Assembly (NCBI GenBank): GCA_965248695.1
Contig: CBDFKD010000002.1
Span: 4,704,001-4,768,000, forward strand
Reading direction: 5' to 3'
Source: Acidobacteriota bacterium
GTDB taxonomy: Bacteria; Acidobacteriota; UBA890; WLXD01
DNA: 64,000 nt
In this document: one piece after another, positions 18,563 to 29,055 of the stretch
Layout: every line of letters starts with the position of its first letter
Numbering within the stretch: the first letter of the stretch is position 1
The notes under the pieces: model-generated
The model's database searches: none
What the model saw: the letters and a program-made list of their open reading frames with translations, nothing else
What the model was told of the DNA's origin: nothing
Program-made: the position numbers and the translations under genes

Positions 18563-19537
18563 ATGTCGACAGAGCCCGTCGCTACGGAACGCCCTTCACA
18601 GCGTCGAATCATGTGCGCCTGGATCACGATGGCGCTTGTCGGGGGTAGCTCGTGGCTGGTGATCCGCGTCGGGCTCGACGACATGCCGCCGTTCACGTTC
18701 TCGGGGATCCGCTTCGCCGTTGCGGCGCCTCTCCTGGCGGCCATCCTCTGGATTCGGAACCGGGGCCGCGACGCCGAAGCCCGGGCCGCCGACGCCCATG
18801 GGTCGATCTCCCCGACGCGGGCGCAATGGCGCGTCCTGATCGTCGTCGGCATTCAGGTGTTCATTGTCGGCAACGCGGCTTCGTTCTGGGGCCAGCAGTA
18901 CGTGCCTTCGGGCATCACCGGGGTGCTGTACGCGATCGGTCCCGCCGCTGCGATGCTGATCGCGTGGGTACGCATCGGCGACCCGCTCTCGGCCAGCCGG
19001 ACCTTTGGCCTGGCGCTCGGAATTGCCGGCGTGGCGCTGATCTCGGGCCGTCAGATTCAGCTAGGCGGACACCAAGTGGCCGCCGGGCTGGCAGGGGTCT
19101 CCGTCGGCGTCCTGTGCCTGGCGTGGGCCACCGTGTCCGTGCGGGAGCTACGTAGTGGCCTCGACCCTCTTTTCATCGCCCTGGTGCAGATCACCATGGG
19201 CGCGATGGCGCAGTTGGGCTTCGGGTACTTGCTGGAGAGCTCGGCTCCGTTTCGTCACACGCCGTCGGCCATCGGCGCCATCGTGTGGCTGGCTGTGGCC
19301 GGCTCGCTGGGAGCGTTCTGGCTGTTCTACTGGCTGCTGCGCCACATGGAGGCCACGCAAGTGCTGTCGCACTTGCTCGTCACCCCGATCATCGCCCTGT
19401 TTCTCGGCTGGGCGTTGCGCGGTGAGCAGGTCGGATGGCTCGAGGCGGGCGGTGTCGTTCTGGTTCTGGCCGGCGTCTATCTGGTGCTGTCGGCCAGGAG
19501 GGAGCCAAGCTCGGCTACCAGTCGAAGGATCGCGTGA
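18563..19537 (+). CDS. EamA/DMT family transporter
   Basis: About ten TM helices; PPFTFSGIRF, VPSGITGVL, TPIIALFLGWALRGE. Overlaps the convergent gene by 23 nt. Confidence 0.88.
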   Translation: MSTEPVATERPSQRRIMCAWITMALVGGSSWLVIRVGLDDMPPFTFSGIRFAVAAPLLAAILWIRNRGRDAEARAADAHGSISPTRAQWRVLIVVGIQVFIVGNAASFWGQQYVPSGITGVLYAIGPAAAMLIAWVRIGDPLSASRTFGLALGIAGVALISGRQIQLGGHQVAAGLAGVSVGVLCLAWATVSVRELRSGLDPLFIALVQITMGAMAQLGFGYLLESSAPFRHTPSAIGAIVWLAVAGSLGAFWLFYWLLRHMEATQVLSHLLVTPIIALFLGWALRGEQVGWLEAGGVVLVLAGVYLVLSARREPSSATSRRIA

Positions 19538-22169
19538 CCTTGAGGGTCAAGGTGCGGTCGTGTCGGCCGACGCGGAAGCCGTCGTAGTCGCCGGCCTGAC
19601 GGTAGACCAGATAGATGTCGTCGCCGATGCGATGGATGTAGCGCAGGCGGGCGAACAGCGACACCGAATCGAAAACATTGTTGTACTGGATCAGGGCATC
19701 GGTGAGCCAGCGATCCGAGAAGCTGTAGCTGACGCGAGTGTTCAACACGTTGGAGGTGAAGCTCCCTGCCGGGAGGTCGAACTTGTTGAAGCTGAACCCG
19801 GGCGAGATGAGCAGGTTGGGGCTCGGTCGGAACGTCAAGCGTGGCGATAGCGTTACGATGGTCCCGTCGTAGAACGCTCCGATGCGCGCGTCGCCACCAA
19901 TGCTCACCCAGCGACCGGCGAAGCTGCGGAAGAGAGCGTACAGGTAGCGGTACCTGTACTCGCCCGGCGGGATAGTCACCTCGGGATGGATCTGAAAGGG
20001 GAGGTCGAGGCGATCGAAGAAGCTCACGGCGAGCACCCCTCCGAAGTCGCCCGCCTCGGTGTTCAAGAACGCGCCGGCCCATGACTCGCGCCCGACGAGC
20101 TCGCCGTGGGTGTCGCGGAACGTCGTCTGGTTGGCGCTGAAGTTAACCGATCGCAGCCACGGGATACCGCCGGGCCGAGGATTCCACGATGCGCGGTAGA
20201 CGCGGCGCACGACATCCTGGCGCAGGACGAAGCCCAGATCGGCCCTGAACTCGGGGTCGATGTGCGTGAGGTCGAAGCTGGCGCGCCACAGATCGCTCTG
20301 CCAGGCGACGCGGACCTGTCCTGCGAACTTGCCGTCCTCGAGGGTGTCGTCGGTGGCGCGGGCAGCGAACCCGGCGATGTTGAGGTTGTCGAAGAACGTG
20401 AAGCTCGCGTCCGCGCCGACCACCGTGTTGGTGCCGCCGTCCGCTCTCTCGACGTTGGTGGCCAGCGCCCCGACGCTGGATCGAGACAGCACGTCCTGGC
20501 GCCAGCGCAAAGCGGTGAATTGCTGGCCGCCGACGAGATCCGGGGTATCGGTGCGGACGTGCAGCAGGCCCATCGTGCCACCGGCCACCTTGCCCGTCAT
20601 CTTGGCGCCGAAGTCGATCGGCACCGGCGCCCCCGAGTCCGATAGACCGATGTTGCGCGAGTGGTACAGACGCAGCAGCGGGGGCTCGGTGCTCCCGTCG
20701 CCGCCGCGCGGCCCGAAGCTGAAGTTGTTGGCGCCCTCGAGGAAGAAGTCGCGCTTCTCGGGGAAAAAGAGCGAGAAGCGCGTCAGGTTGACGCGCTCGT
20801 CGTCGAGCTCGACCTGCGCGAAGTCGGTGTTGTAAGTGAGATCGGCAGTGAGCGTGGAGGTGAGCTGGATCTTGAGGTCGTCGATGCCGAGTTGCTGATC
20901 GACGCTGTTGGTCCGCGTCGGATCCTCAAACAGCGACGTCGAGGTTCCGAGGAAGTAGGGTCGGAGCCGGAACCGTTGTTTCAACGACAGGTTTTCGAAG
21001 CCGCGTAGGTCGCCTGCCTGCGATACGGCGATGAACCGGAAGTCGCGTCGGTAGTTGCTCCACGCCACCGATTCGTTCTTACGCCGTATCTGGCGCTCGA
21101 AGTCGACACCCCAGCCCGAGGCGCTGGTGGAGTAACGGAGGATGCCGAGTGGGATCACGAGCTCGGCCTCCCAGCCGCGCGAGGTGATCTGCGCGGCGGC
21201 GTCCCAGGCCTCGTCCCAGTCGGAGTTCACCTCGCTCTCGTTAAGGATGGTGGCGTCGTAGCGGGCCCCGAGTGGGTTGACGCGGAACAGGAACGCGCTG
21301 CGACCGTCGTTGAAGGTGTCGAGCACGACGCTCACCGTATCGTCCGAGCCTCGGCTATCGCCGCCACTGCCACTCCCTCCTCCGAGCGCGTCGCGTCGTA
21401 GCTCGCTGGCGAGGATCGCGCCGGGATCGCTGTCATACGCAATCACGCCGATGTACAGGTTCTCGTCGTCGTAGAGGATCCGCACCTCGGTGCGCTCCGA
21501 GGCCCCCTGGCCCTGCGTCGGCTCGCGCTGCAGGAAACCGCTGGCGACGTCGGCCAACGCCCAGCTCGCATCGTCCACGATCCCGTCCATCACCGGCGCC
21601 TCGGTGGTGCGCGACACGGCCATTTCCGGCCGGACCCCGGGTGCACGAATCGTTGGCGGTCGCGGACCGACCGGGGCCTCGAGATCGGGCTGGATCGGCT
21701 GCTCCGGGTCGGCGAGGCTATCGCCGGCCGAAGGAATGGTCTCGACGCGCGACACGGAATCCGCGTGGATGCCCGCCCACGCCGCCACCCGGGCCGAGTC
21801 GCCCACCGGCGCGAAGCTCGATCGCGGGGGTCCGTCGAGCTCGTTCGGTGCCACCATCCGCACGGGGATGACCCTTCGGACGGACTGTGGGGGCACGGAG
21901 GCCGGCATGGCGCGACGACGCGCCGTCGAAGGTGACGGGGACGGTGCGGTGCTGCTGTCCGGTGTGACCAGACGAACGGGGAAGCTCGTGGGTCGCCCCG
22001 GTACCGTGGCTTCGGAGCCCCCGTCGTCCGGGCGCTCCGCTGCCACTGCCTCATCCTGGCGCTCTTGCCGCGCCGGGTCGTCCTCAGACTGCCCCGGCCT
22101 GTCCGCGCTTGGCGCCGTGGCCACCAACAGGGCGAGGCATACGGACAGGACGCACTTGTGCTTGAGCAA
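19515..22169 (-). CDS. CBM9-like/DUF5916 putative outer-membrane protein, paralog 2
   Basis: Signal peptide; APVMDGIVDD; YNTDFAQVELDDERVNLTRFSLFFPEKRDFFLEG; ends RSFDW. TTG start uncertain. Confidence 0.85.
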   Translation of the reverse strand: MLKHKCVLSVCLALLVATAPSADRPGQSEDDPARQERQDEAVAAERPDDGGSEATVPGRPTSFPVRLVTPDSSTAPSPSPSTARRRAMPASVPPQSVRRVIPVRMVAPNELDGPPRSSFAPVGDSARVAAWAGIHADSVSRVETIPSAGDSLADPEQPIQPDLEAPVGPRPPTIRAPGVRPEMAVSRTTEAPVMDGIVDDASWALADVASGFLQREPTQGQGASERTEVRILYDDENLYIGVIAYDSDPGAILASELRRDALGGGSGSGGDSRGSDDTVSVVLDTFNDGRSAFLFRVNPLGARYDATILNESEVNSDWDEAWDAAAQITSRGWEAELVIPLGILRYSTSASGWGVDFERQIRRKNESVAWSNYRRDFRFIAVSQAGDLRGFENLSLKQRFRLRPYFLGTSTSLFEDPTRTNSVDQQLGIDDLKIQLTSTLTADLTYNTDFAQVELDDERVNLTRFSLFFPEKRDFFLEGANNFSFGPRGGDGSTEPPLLRLYHSRNIGLSDSGAPVPIDFGAKMTGKVAGGTMGLLHVRTDTPDLVGGQQFTALRWRQDVLSRSSVGALATNVERADGGTNTVVGADASFTFFDNLNIAGFAARATDDTLEDGKFAGQVRVAWQSDLWRASFDLTHIDPEFRADLGFVLRQDVVRRVYRASWNPRPGGIPWLRSVNFSANQTTFRDTHGELVGRESWAGAFLNTEAGDFGGVLAVSFFDRLDLPFQIHPEVTIPPGEYRYRYLYALFRSFAGRWVSIGGDARIGAFYDGTIVTLSPRLTFRPSPNLLISPGFSFNKFDLPAGSFTSNVLNTRVSYSFSDRWLTDALIQYNNVFDSVSLFARLRYIHRIGDDIYLVYRQAGDYDGFRVGRHDRTLTLKVTRSFDW

Positions 22170-22394
22170 TATGAGCGGCTCGGATGGGACGCCGTGACAT
22201 GAATGACGGTCTGACGGGTCACGTTACAGCGTCCGTCCGATGATGGGAAAGTTCGCCAGCGTAGCAGCGGTAATGGCCGGCCAGGCACGGCCATCGGCGG
22301 TGTGCAATGGACAATTACCAAGCTCGGGCGCGCCGAGACGACGGGTGAGCGCGAAGATCGGTTTTCTCGCCATGGCGCGGATGGAGGGCGACCC

Positions 22395-22416
22395 TCTTTC
22401 CGTTGTAACGGGAAGA
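22395..22416. promoter_or_regulatory. Near-perfect palindrome in a divergent intergenic region, candidate operator
   Basis: TCTTTCCGTT-gt-AACGGGAAGA, 9 of 10 arm positions complementary. Confidence 0.4.
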
Positions 22417-22506
22417 CTTCGAAGCTAACCTCCAGCAGCCCTTGAGGGCGGTGCCTGCGCCGCTCGCACCACTTTTCGGCACGCTGCCTCCTGGGAGGAT
22501 CGGACG

Positions 22507-24213
22507 ATGCAGACGGCTCGGCAGGTACCTCATCAGCGCCGCCATTCATCCCGACCGGGCCTTTCGTCACACGGCCCGTGGCTGGCGATCGCGGCGGTCA
22601 TGTTGTTGCTTCCGACGGCTTGTGGTCCGGCTCCCGAGCCCGCGTCCGCGGCGGCGAGCTCCTCCGCGATGTCGATCGCGGCAATGGACGTGCCACCCCG
22701 CGTCGAAGCGGACGGCGAGACGCTCGAGGGTGTGTACTTCGGCTCCGACGGTGGGCAGGTGGTGTTCAAGGGCGTACCCTACGCCGCTCCCCCGGTGGGT
22801 GATCTTCGCTGGCGGCCGCCGCGTCGCCACGAGCCGCGCTCGGGTGTCCAGTCCGCCGCGGACTTTCCGCCGCCGTGTGCGCAGACCCAGAGCAACCTCG
22901 ACTGGTACGGGGCGGTCGCCGAGAGCCTCGGGCAAGATGCGAGCGTCGCCTTCGGCGTGCCGCCCGTAAGCGAGGACTGCCTGTATCTGAACGTGTGGAC
23001 GACGAACTGGCGGGGCGACACGGCGCAACCGGTCATGATGTGGATCCACGGCGGCGGCAACGCTGTGGGCTGGTCGACCGAGCCACCGTACCAGGGACAC
23101 CACCTGGCGCGTCGGGGGGTGGTCGTAGTCAGCCTGAACTACCGCCTCAACCACTTCGGATTCATGGCCCACCCGGGGCTGACGGCCGAATCCGAGCACG
23201 ACGCCTCGGGAAACTACGGACTGCTGGATCAGATCGCGGCCCTCGAGTGGATACAGCGCAACATCGCCTCCTTCGGCGGCGACCCTGACCGGGTGACGAT
23301 TTTCGGCGAGTCGGCCGGCGGCCGCGACTCGACGTTTCTGATGACGTCGCCCCTTGCAGAGGGTCTGTTCCACGGTGCCATCTCCCAGAGTGGCGGCTAC
23401 CGGTTCGCGTCGTACAACAATCTGGCGGAGGCTGAAGAACGCGGTCGGCAACTCGGCCAAGCGCTCGGCGGCCGTGCGGCGAGCGCCGATCCCGCCGAGG
23501 CGGTGGCGGCCCTGCGCGAGGCGAGCATGCAGGACATCCTCGGTACCCCGGTGCCGCCGGGCCGCGGCGGTGTGAATTTCGACGGCTGGGTACTGCCGCG
23601 CTCGCTGGGGGAGACCTTCGCCGCCGGCGATCAGCATCCGGTGCCATTGATGATCGGTTCCAACGCCAACGAGGCCGCGATGGGAGCGCGCGAGATGCCG
23701 GCGGATCAGTTCGAGGAGATGGTCCGCGACCGCTACGGCTCGCTGGCCGATCGAGCTCTGGAGATCTATCCAGTCGACGGGGCCACGGCGTCGGCGAGTT
23801 TGGTGGACCGCTTCTTCACCGACAATGGCCAGGGCTGTGGCTCCAAGCACCTCATCGCAGGCATGCCGCAGACCGGCGCCAAGGCGTGGCTGTACTACTT
23901 CAGTCGCGTACAGCCCGGCGGGACTCTGGGCGCTTTCCACGGCGCCGAGATCCCGTACGTGCTCGGCACCCCGGACAGCTGGATGCCTTGGGACGCGACC
24001 GACGCGGCGTTGGCGGAGGCGGTTGGCGGGTACTGGACGCGCTTCGCCGCCACCGGTGATCCGAACGGCGCCGGGGCGCCGGCGTGGCCCGAGTGGGACG
24101 CGCAGTCCGATGCTTATATCGAGCTCGGCGACCAGGTGCGGGCCGGCACCGGCCTGCGCGCGGAGGAGTGCGCCCTGTACGACGAGGCTGTGGCCATGAG
24201 GGCGCAACAGTAG
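22507..24213 (+). CDS. Type-B carboxylesterase (COesterase family), probable lipoprotein
   Basis: LLPTAC lipobox; FKGVPYAAPPVGDLRW, SEDCLYLNVW, WIHGGG, FGESAGG, GSNANE, FHGAEI; GGAGG upstream. Confidence 0.93.
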   Translation: MQTARQVPHQRRHSSRPGLSSHGPWLAIAAVMLLLPTACGPAPEPASAAASSSAMSIAAMDVPPRVEADGETLEGVYFGSDGGQVVFKGVPYAAPPVGDLRWRPPRRHEPRSGVQSAADFPPPCAQTQSNLDWYGAVAESLGQDASVAFGVPPVSEDCLYLNVWTTNWRGDTAQPVMMWIHGGGNAVGWSTEPPYQGHHLARRGVVVVSLNYRLNHFGFMAHPGLTAESEHDASGNYGLLDQIAALEWIQRNIASFGGDPDRVTIFGESAGGRDSTFLMTSPLAEGLFHGAISQSGGYRFASYNNLAEAEERGRQLGQALGGRAASADPAEAVAALREASMQDILGTPVPPGRGGVNFDGWVLPRSLGETFAAGDQHPVPLMIGSNANEAAMGAREMPADQFEEMVRDRYGSLADRALEIYPVDGATASASLVDRFFTDNGQGCGSKHLIAGMPQTGAKAWLYYFSRVQPGGTLGAFHGAEIPYVLGTPDSWMPWDATDAALAEAVGGYWTRFAATGDPNGAGAPAWPEWDAQSDAYIELGDQVRAGTGLRAEECALYDEAVAMRAQQ

Positions 24214-24267
24214 GTAGGTAGCGTTCTACCGGAGGCTGCCCTCTGGGAACAGAGGCCTGAGACACGC

Positions 24268-25719
24268 GTGAAGCTCCGCTGCGTCGTACTCGGACTGGTC
24301 TGGCTCGCCGGGTCTGTATCGACTGGTCCGGGGTCAGCAAGTGCAGTGGGGGCGAGCGACAAAGGGGTCGAGCGCATCGTCGTGGTCGGCGGCGGCGTCT
24401 ACGGCCTGGCCGCAGCACGCGACCTACAAGATGCCGGTTTCGAGGTCGTCGTCCTTGAGGCCAAGGATCACCTCGGCGGCCGGGTCTGGACGGACCGCAG
24501 CACAGGGTTCCCGCTCGACATGGGAGCGAATTGGATCCAAGGGGTCGACGGCAACCCGATTACGGTGCTGGCCGATCGGCTCGGCCTCGGGCGGGTCATG
24601 ACCAACTGGGAGAGATGGGTCGACTATGACGTTGACGGTTCTCGGGACCCGCTCAGCAGCGCGCAGTACACAGAGTGGGAGGGCACGCTGCAAGCGTATA
24701 CGCGCGATTTCGTGCGTCGGTCCGCGAACGCGACGATCCAGGTAATGGTCGATGCGGCACGTCGAGCGGGCGAGCTGGATTCCCTCACCGATCGCCAGCT
24801 CGACTACCTACTGAACAGCTATGTGGAGTTGGAGTACGCTGCCGATGCCGCGCAGATGTCGGTTCGGGGTCTCGACGAGGGCGGCGCGTTCGGCGGCGGG
24901 GATGTTGTTTTCCCCGGCGGCTACGACGCCATCGTCGAATCCCTGGCATCGGGCCTCACGGTCCACCTGTCGACGGTGGTCACGACCATCGAACATGGCC
25001 GCTTCGGGGTGCGCGTTCGCACCGACCGGGGCACCTTCGAGGCGGATCGAGTCGTGGTGACCCTCCCGTTGGGGGTGCTCAAGTCGGGGAACGTGGACTT
25101 TTCCCCGCGACTCCCGATCTGGAAGCGCAAGGCTATCGAGAGGCTTGCGATGGGGGTCCTCAACAAGGTTTGGCTCGTGTTCGCGAACGTATTCTGGGAT
25201 GCGGACCTGCACTGGATCGGTTACCTGAGCGAGGATAAGGGGCGGTTCGCGGGCTGGCTCAACCTCGCCGCTCACACGGGCGCACCGGTGTTGCTCGCGT
25301 TCAACGCCGGAGCCTACGGAAACGAGGTCGAAGCGCTGAGCGACGAGCAGACACTCGAGCAGGCCATGGGCGTACTGCGCACTCTGTACGGGGCTGCCGT
25401 GACCGAGCCTGTGGCCGTCAGGATCACACGCTGGAACTCTGACCCGTTCGCCTATGGGTCGTACTCCTACCTACCCCCAGGCGCCCGTTCGGTACATCGG
25501 CGCCGGTTGGCACGTCCCGTCAAGGGCCGATTGTACTTCGCGGGTGAGGCTACCAGCACGCGCTACCCCGCGACTGTGCACGGGGCCTATCTGTCGGGAA
25601 CCCGGGCCGCCGACGAGATCGTGACTCGGGCCGATGGTAGCCGGGGCGCCACGGTTTCACCCCAGCAGCGGAGATCCCATGTTCGCTGGCGAGAGTTTCC
25701 GACAACACTGGATTCGTAG
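24268..25719 (+). CDS. Flavin-containing amine oxidase (polyamine/monoamine oxidase family) with Sec-like signal peptide
   Basis: VVGGGVYGLAAA, LEAKDHLGGRV, DMGANWI, DPFAYGSYS, FAGEAT..TVHGAYLSG. Confidence 0.92.
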   Translation: MKLRCVVLGLVWLAGSVSTGPGSASAVGASDKGVERIVVVGGGVYGLAAARDLQDAGFEVVVLEAKDHLGGRVWTDRSTGFPLDMGANWIQGVDGNPITVLADRLGLGRVMTNWERWVDYDVDGSRDPLSSAQYTEWEGTLQAYTRDFVRRSANATIQVMVDAARRAGELDSLTDRQLDYLLNSYVELEYAADAAQMSVRGLDEGGAFGGGDVVFPGGYDAIVESLASGLTVHLSTVVTTIEHGRFGVRVRTDRGTFEADRVVVTLPLGVLKSGNVDFSPRLPIWKRKAIERLAMGVLNKVWLVFANVFWDADLHWIGYLSEDKGRFAGWLNLAAHTGAPVLLAFNAGAYGNEVEALSDEQTLEQAMGVLRTLYGAAVTEPVAVRITRWNSDPFAYGSYSYLPPGARSVHRRRLARPVKGRLYFAGEATSTRYPATVHGAYLSGTRAADEIVTRADGSRGATVSPQQRRSHVRWREFPTTLDS

Positions 25720-25773
25720 TCGAGCACCCTCAGCGCGCCTCGCCGTGGCGCTCCTCTTCACGCTCCCTACCGG

Positions 25774-27528
25774 CTACCAGCTCCAGCGCTCGGCCTGGTA
25801 GACAGCCTGGCCACCGAGGAGGGTGAGCAGCACGTCCACATCGTGGATCTCGTGTGGAGGGGTCTCGAAGAGATCGCGCTCCAGAACGATGAGATCCGCC
25901 AGTTTCCCGATCTCGATCGATCCCGTCTCCTGCTCGCGGAAGTTCAGATAGGCCACCCCGGTCGTGTAGCCAGCGATGGCGGTGGCCAGATCGATCTTCT
26001 CCTCCGGGTGCCAGGCATCGCCCGGCCCTGCTTGCGGGCCGCGACGGGTGACCGCAACCTGCATGCCGTCGAGCGGGTTCAAGGACGAGACGGACCAATC
26101 ACTGCCGAAGGCGATCCGACCTTCCGCGGCAACGACGCTGCCGATCGGATACAGCCAGCGTGACCGCTCCATGCCGATCAGCGGCTCCGTCAGATCGATA
26201 ATGTATCCGTCGCGCTGAGCCCAAAGCGGTTGGAAGTTCGCGATCGCATCGAGCTCGCCGAAGCGTGCGATATCGTCCGGATGAATCAGCTGTGCATGCG
26301 CGATGTGATGGCGCGAGTCGCGGGCACCGTTCACAGCGCGGGCGTGCTCGAAGGCATCGAGCGTCATGCGGATCGCCGCGTCACCGATCGCGTGTACATG
26401 CACCTGGAAGCGCTCGGCGTCCAGAGCTGCCACCAGATCCTCGAGTGGCTCGGCGTCGATAAAGGGCTCGCCGTAGAAGCCAGGGCGATCCGTGTAGGGT
26501 TCGAGAAGTGGCACCGCATGGGCCTCGATCACGCCGTCGGAGACGATCTTCACTGCCGTGGGCCGGAGACGCTCGCTGCCGAAGTCCTGCCTGAGCGCGA
26601 TAAGGCGCGGCAAATTGTCGAGTCCCTCGAGCACGTTGACCCGCAATCCTATGATCGCTCGTACCGTCAGCTCATTGCGCTCGTCGAGCGCCGCGTAGGC
26701 TTCGAGCGACTCCCGGCTGGCCCCCGCATCCTGCCAGCGCGTGATGCCGAAGGCGTTGGCGCGCTCGACGGCGAGGCGCAATCCCTCGCGCCGCTCCGAC
26801 GGGGTGGTCTCTGGCATGTGCCTCGCCACTAGGCCGGACGCGGCCTCACGGAGCGTCCCCGTCGGCTCGCCGGTGACCGGATCGCGTTCGATGTGGCCGT
26901 TCGTCGGATCAGGCGTGTCGGCGTCGATACCGGCGAGCTCCAGCGCGCGCGAGCTCGCCCACCCGGAGTGCCCATCCGCCGACCTGAGGAGCACGGGATG
27001 GCCGGGTGCGGCCGCATCGAGGACGGATTTGTGCGGGTTGCCATCGTCAAACAGATAGAGGAACCAACCGCCGCCACGTATCCAGCCTCCCTCTGCGGTT
27101 CGCTCCGCACAGCTGCGAATCGTCTCGACCAGCACCACGAGATCGACGATATCGTTGAGGTTGCAGGCAGCGAGTCGCATCCCGGCGGAGATCGGATGCA
27201 CGTGCGAGTCGCCGAAGCTGGGCAGCAGCATCTTGCCCTGCAGATCGACGACCCGGGTCTCGGGTCCGGTCCACTCCTCGGCATCCCGATCGGAGCCGAC
27301 CGCCATGATCCGATCACCGGAGACGGCAACTGCTTCGGCCCAGGACCGGTTCAGATCTACGGTGTAGACGGCGCCGTTGCGAAAGACGAGATCGGCCGGA
27401 CCCCGGTTTGGCGAGTCGCAGCCCCCAACAACGAGACCGATGATCAAGAAACAGCCGACCCACGGCAGCATCCGAGCACCATTTGACCGGGGCGCGGGCG
27501 GGGCGATGCGCTGTACCGGCGCGCTCAT
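25774..27528 (-). CDS. YtcJ-like amidohydrolase, probable lipoprotein
   Basis: VVGGC lipobox; DSHVHP, DGHSGW, KIVSDG, HVHAIGD, HHIAHAQ, FGSDW, GKLADL. Confidence 0.92.
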   Translation of the reverse strand: MSAPVQRIAPPAPRSNGARMLPWVGCFLIIGLVVGGCDSPNRGPADLVFRNGAVYTVDLNRSWAEAVAVSGDRIMAVGSDRDAEEWTGPETRVVDLQGKMLLPSFGDSHVHPISAGMRLAACNLNDIVDLVVLVETIRSCAERTAEGGWIRGGGWFLYLFDDGNPHKSVLDAAAPGHPVLLRSADGHSGWASSRALELAGIDADTPDPTNGHIERDPVTGEPTGTLREAASGLVARHMPETTPSERREGLRLAVERANAFGITRWQDAGASRESLEAYAALDERNELTVRAIIGLRVNVLEGLDNLPRLIALRQDFGSERLRPTAVKIVSDGVIEAHAVPLLEPYTDRPGFYGEPFIDAEPLEDLVAALDAERFQVHVHAIGDAAIRMTLDAFEHARAVNGARDSRHHIAHAQLIHPDDIARFGELDAIANFQPLWAQRDGYIIDLTEPLIGMERSRWLYPIGSVVAAEGRIAFGSDWSVSSLNPLDGMQVAVTRRGPQAGPGDAWHPEEKIDLATAIAGYTTGVAYLNFREQETGSIEIGKLADLIVLERDLFETPPHEIHDVDVLLTLLGGQAVYQAERWSW

Positions 27529-28841
27529 TGTTCGCTGATCGCGTACAGGTACTGGTTGCCGCGCAGGTAGATATCGTTGCCCACCAGAGCCGGCGAGGCG
27601 TTGAATCCGTCATCCAGCGTGTTCGTGGCCAGCAGCTCGAACTCCTCCCCGGAGCGGATCACCACCGTGGTCCCGTCGCGCCCGGTGAAGTACACGCGTC
27701 CGCTCGCCGCCACGGGTGAGGAAAAGACATTCGAGAGACCGGCAAGCCGCTGGTTCTCGTAGTGCGGCACGCCCGTCGCGGCGTCGACCGCCGACAGGAC
27801 ACCTGAGTTTGTCTTCAGGAAATACAGGATGCCGTCTATGAGCACCGGCGACGGCACGTATGGCGTGTCGCGGTCCAGCGTCCAGACGATGGCATCCGTT
27901 CCATCGATATTGCCGCGCGCGTCGGCCACCCGGATGGCTTTGAGGTCGTTTCCCCTGAAGCCGCTCATGAGAAACACGAGGCCGTTCTCATACACCGGAG
28001 ACGGGATGGCATTCATCGTCAGCCCGTCGCTTTCCCAAACGATGCTCCCGTTCTCGAGATCGTAGCTTCGAACGCGCTCCATGGCGGGCACGACTACCTG
28101 CGGACGCTCATCGACCTGGAGGATGATCGGGGTCGCCCACGTGTCGATCTCATCCCGAGGCGCTCGCCACAGCTCTTCGCCGCTACGGGCATCCACCGCG
28201 ACGACAAAAGACTCGCCGTGCAGGTGATCCCAGACGATCACGAGCGTGTCGCCAAACAGCGCCGGCGTCGATCCCTCGCCGAACTCGTTCCGCATCCCCT
28301 TGTTGCCGAAGTCCCTCTCCCAGATCAGCGTGCCGTCCAGGTCGTAGGCGTACAGCCCGAACGATTCGAAGTAGGCGTAGACGCGTTGCCCATCCGTCAC
28401 CGGCGAACTTGATGACCAGGTGCTGTTGACCGGGTGTCCAGCCTCATGGGGTTCCTGCTCGTGCGCGATCCGTTCCCAGATCGGGCGCCCCGTCTCGCGG
28501 TCGATCGCCATGACGACGAATCGATGCACACCACGGGCGTCCGCGCCTCCGCGCGGGTCGTGTTGCGCATCCCCCGCGACGTCCGCGGGGACCGCCGTCG
28601 TCACGAAGATGCGATCGTCCCACACGACCGGCGAGGCGTATCCTCGGCCGGGAATCTCCACTTTCCAACGGATGTTCTCGGATTCGCTCCACGCCAGCGG
28701 CGGTGTCGCGGTCGGGGACACCCCGGTGTTGAGGGGGCCGCGCCAGCGCGCCCAGTAGTGATCGTCCAAGGCTTCCTGCCCCCCGAGCGTGGCCGCGACG
28801 AGTAGGAGAACACTGACGGTTGCTGTCCGCAGTTGGATCAT
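27525..28841 (-). CDS. Secreted PQQ-like/BamB-type beta-propeller protein
   Basis: Signal peptide; WARWRGP, WSESENIRWKVEIPGRGYASPVVW, repeated SPV motifs; GGAGG upstream; ATGA overlap with the next gene. Confidence 0.88.
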   Translation of the reverse strand: MIQLRTATVSVLLLVAATLGGQEALDDHYWARWRGPLNTGVSPTATPPLAWSESENIRWKVEIPGRGYASPVVWDDRIFVTTAVPADVAGDAQHDPRGGADARGVHRFVVMAIDRETGRPIWERIAHEQEPHEAGHPVNSTWSSSSPVTDGQRVYAYFESFGLYAYDLDGTLIWERDFGNKGMRNEFGEGSTPALFGDTLVIVWDHLHGESFVVAVDARSGEELWRAPRDEIDTWATPIILQVDERPQVVVPAMERVRSYDLENGSIVWESDGLTMNAIPSPVYENGLVFLMSGFRGNDLKAIRVADARGNIDGTDAIVWTLDRDTPYVPSPVLIDGILYFLKTNSGVLSAVDAATGVPHYENQRLAGLSNVFSSPVAASGRVYFTGRDGTTVVIRSGEEFELLATNTLDDGFNASPALVGNDIYLRGNQYLYAISEQ

Positions 28842-29055
28842 GCCGGCCTCCGAGTCGGTCCTTCGCCGCTGCGAGATGGCTAGTGAGGATCCGCATTCTA
28901 GCAACCGGCGCCGCTACCTGAGCTCCTATGGCAACCTCGCCTGTCGTTCGGCCTCAACGATGAGTACAGTTCCTGAGATATCGCACGACAGAATGCGACG
29001 GGCAGTGGGCTGCCGTCCCGGACCGCATGACTGCGCCACTGGGAGATTCGGACCG

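Noticed and set aside
19515-19537. Convergent 3' overlaps (also 47634..47648 and abutting stops at 53107/53108)
   Set aside because: Short tail-to-tail overlaps are common in compact GC-rich genomes.
24211-24221. TAGGTAGGTAG, stops in all three frames after the carboxylesterase
   Set aside because: Only 11 bp; compatible with chance or a micro-duplication, with no other sign of function.
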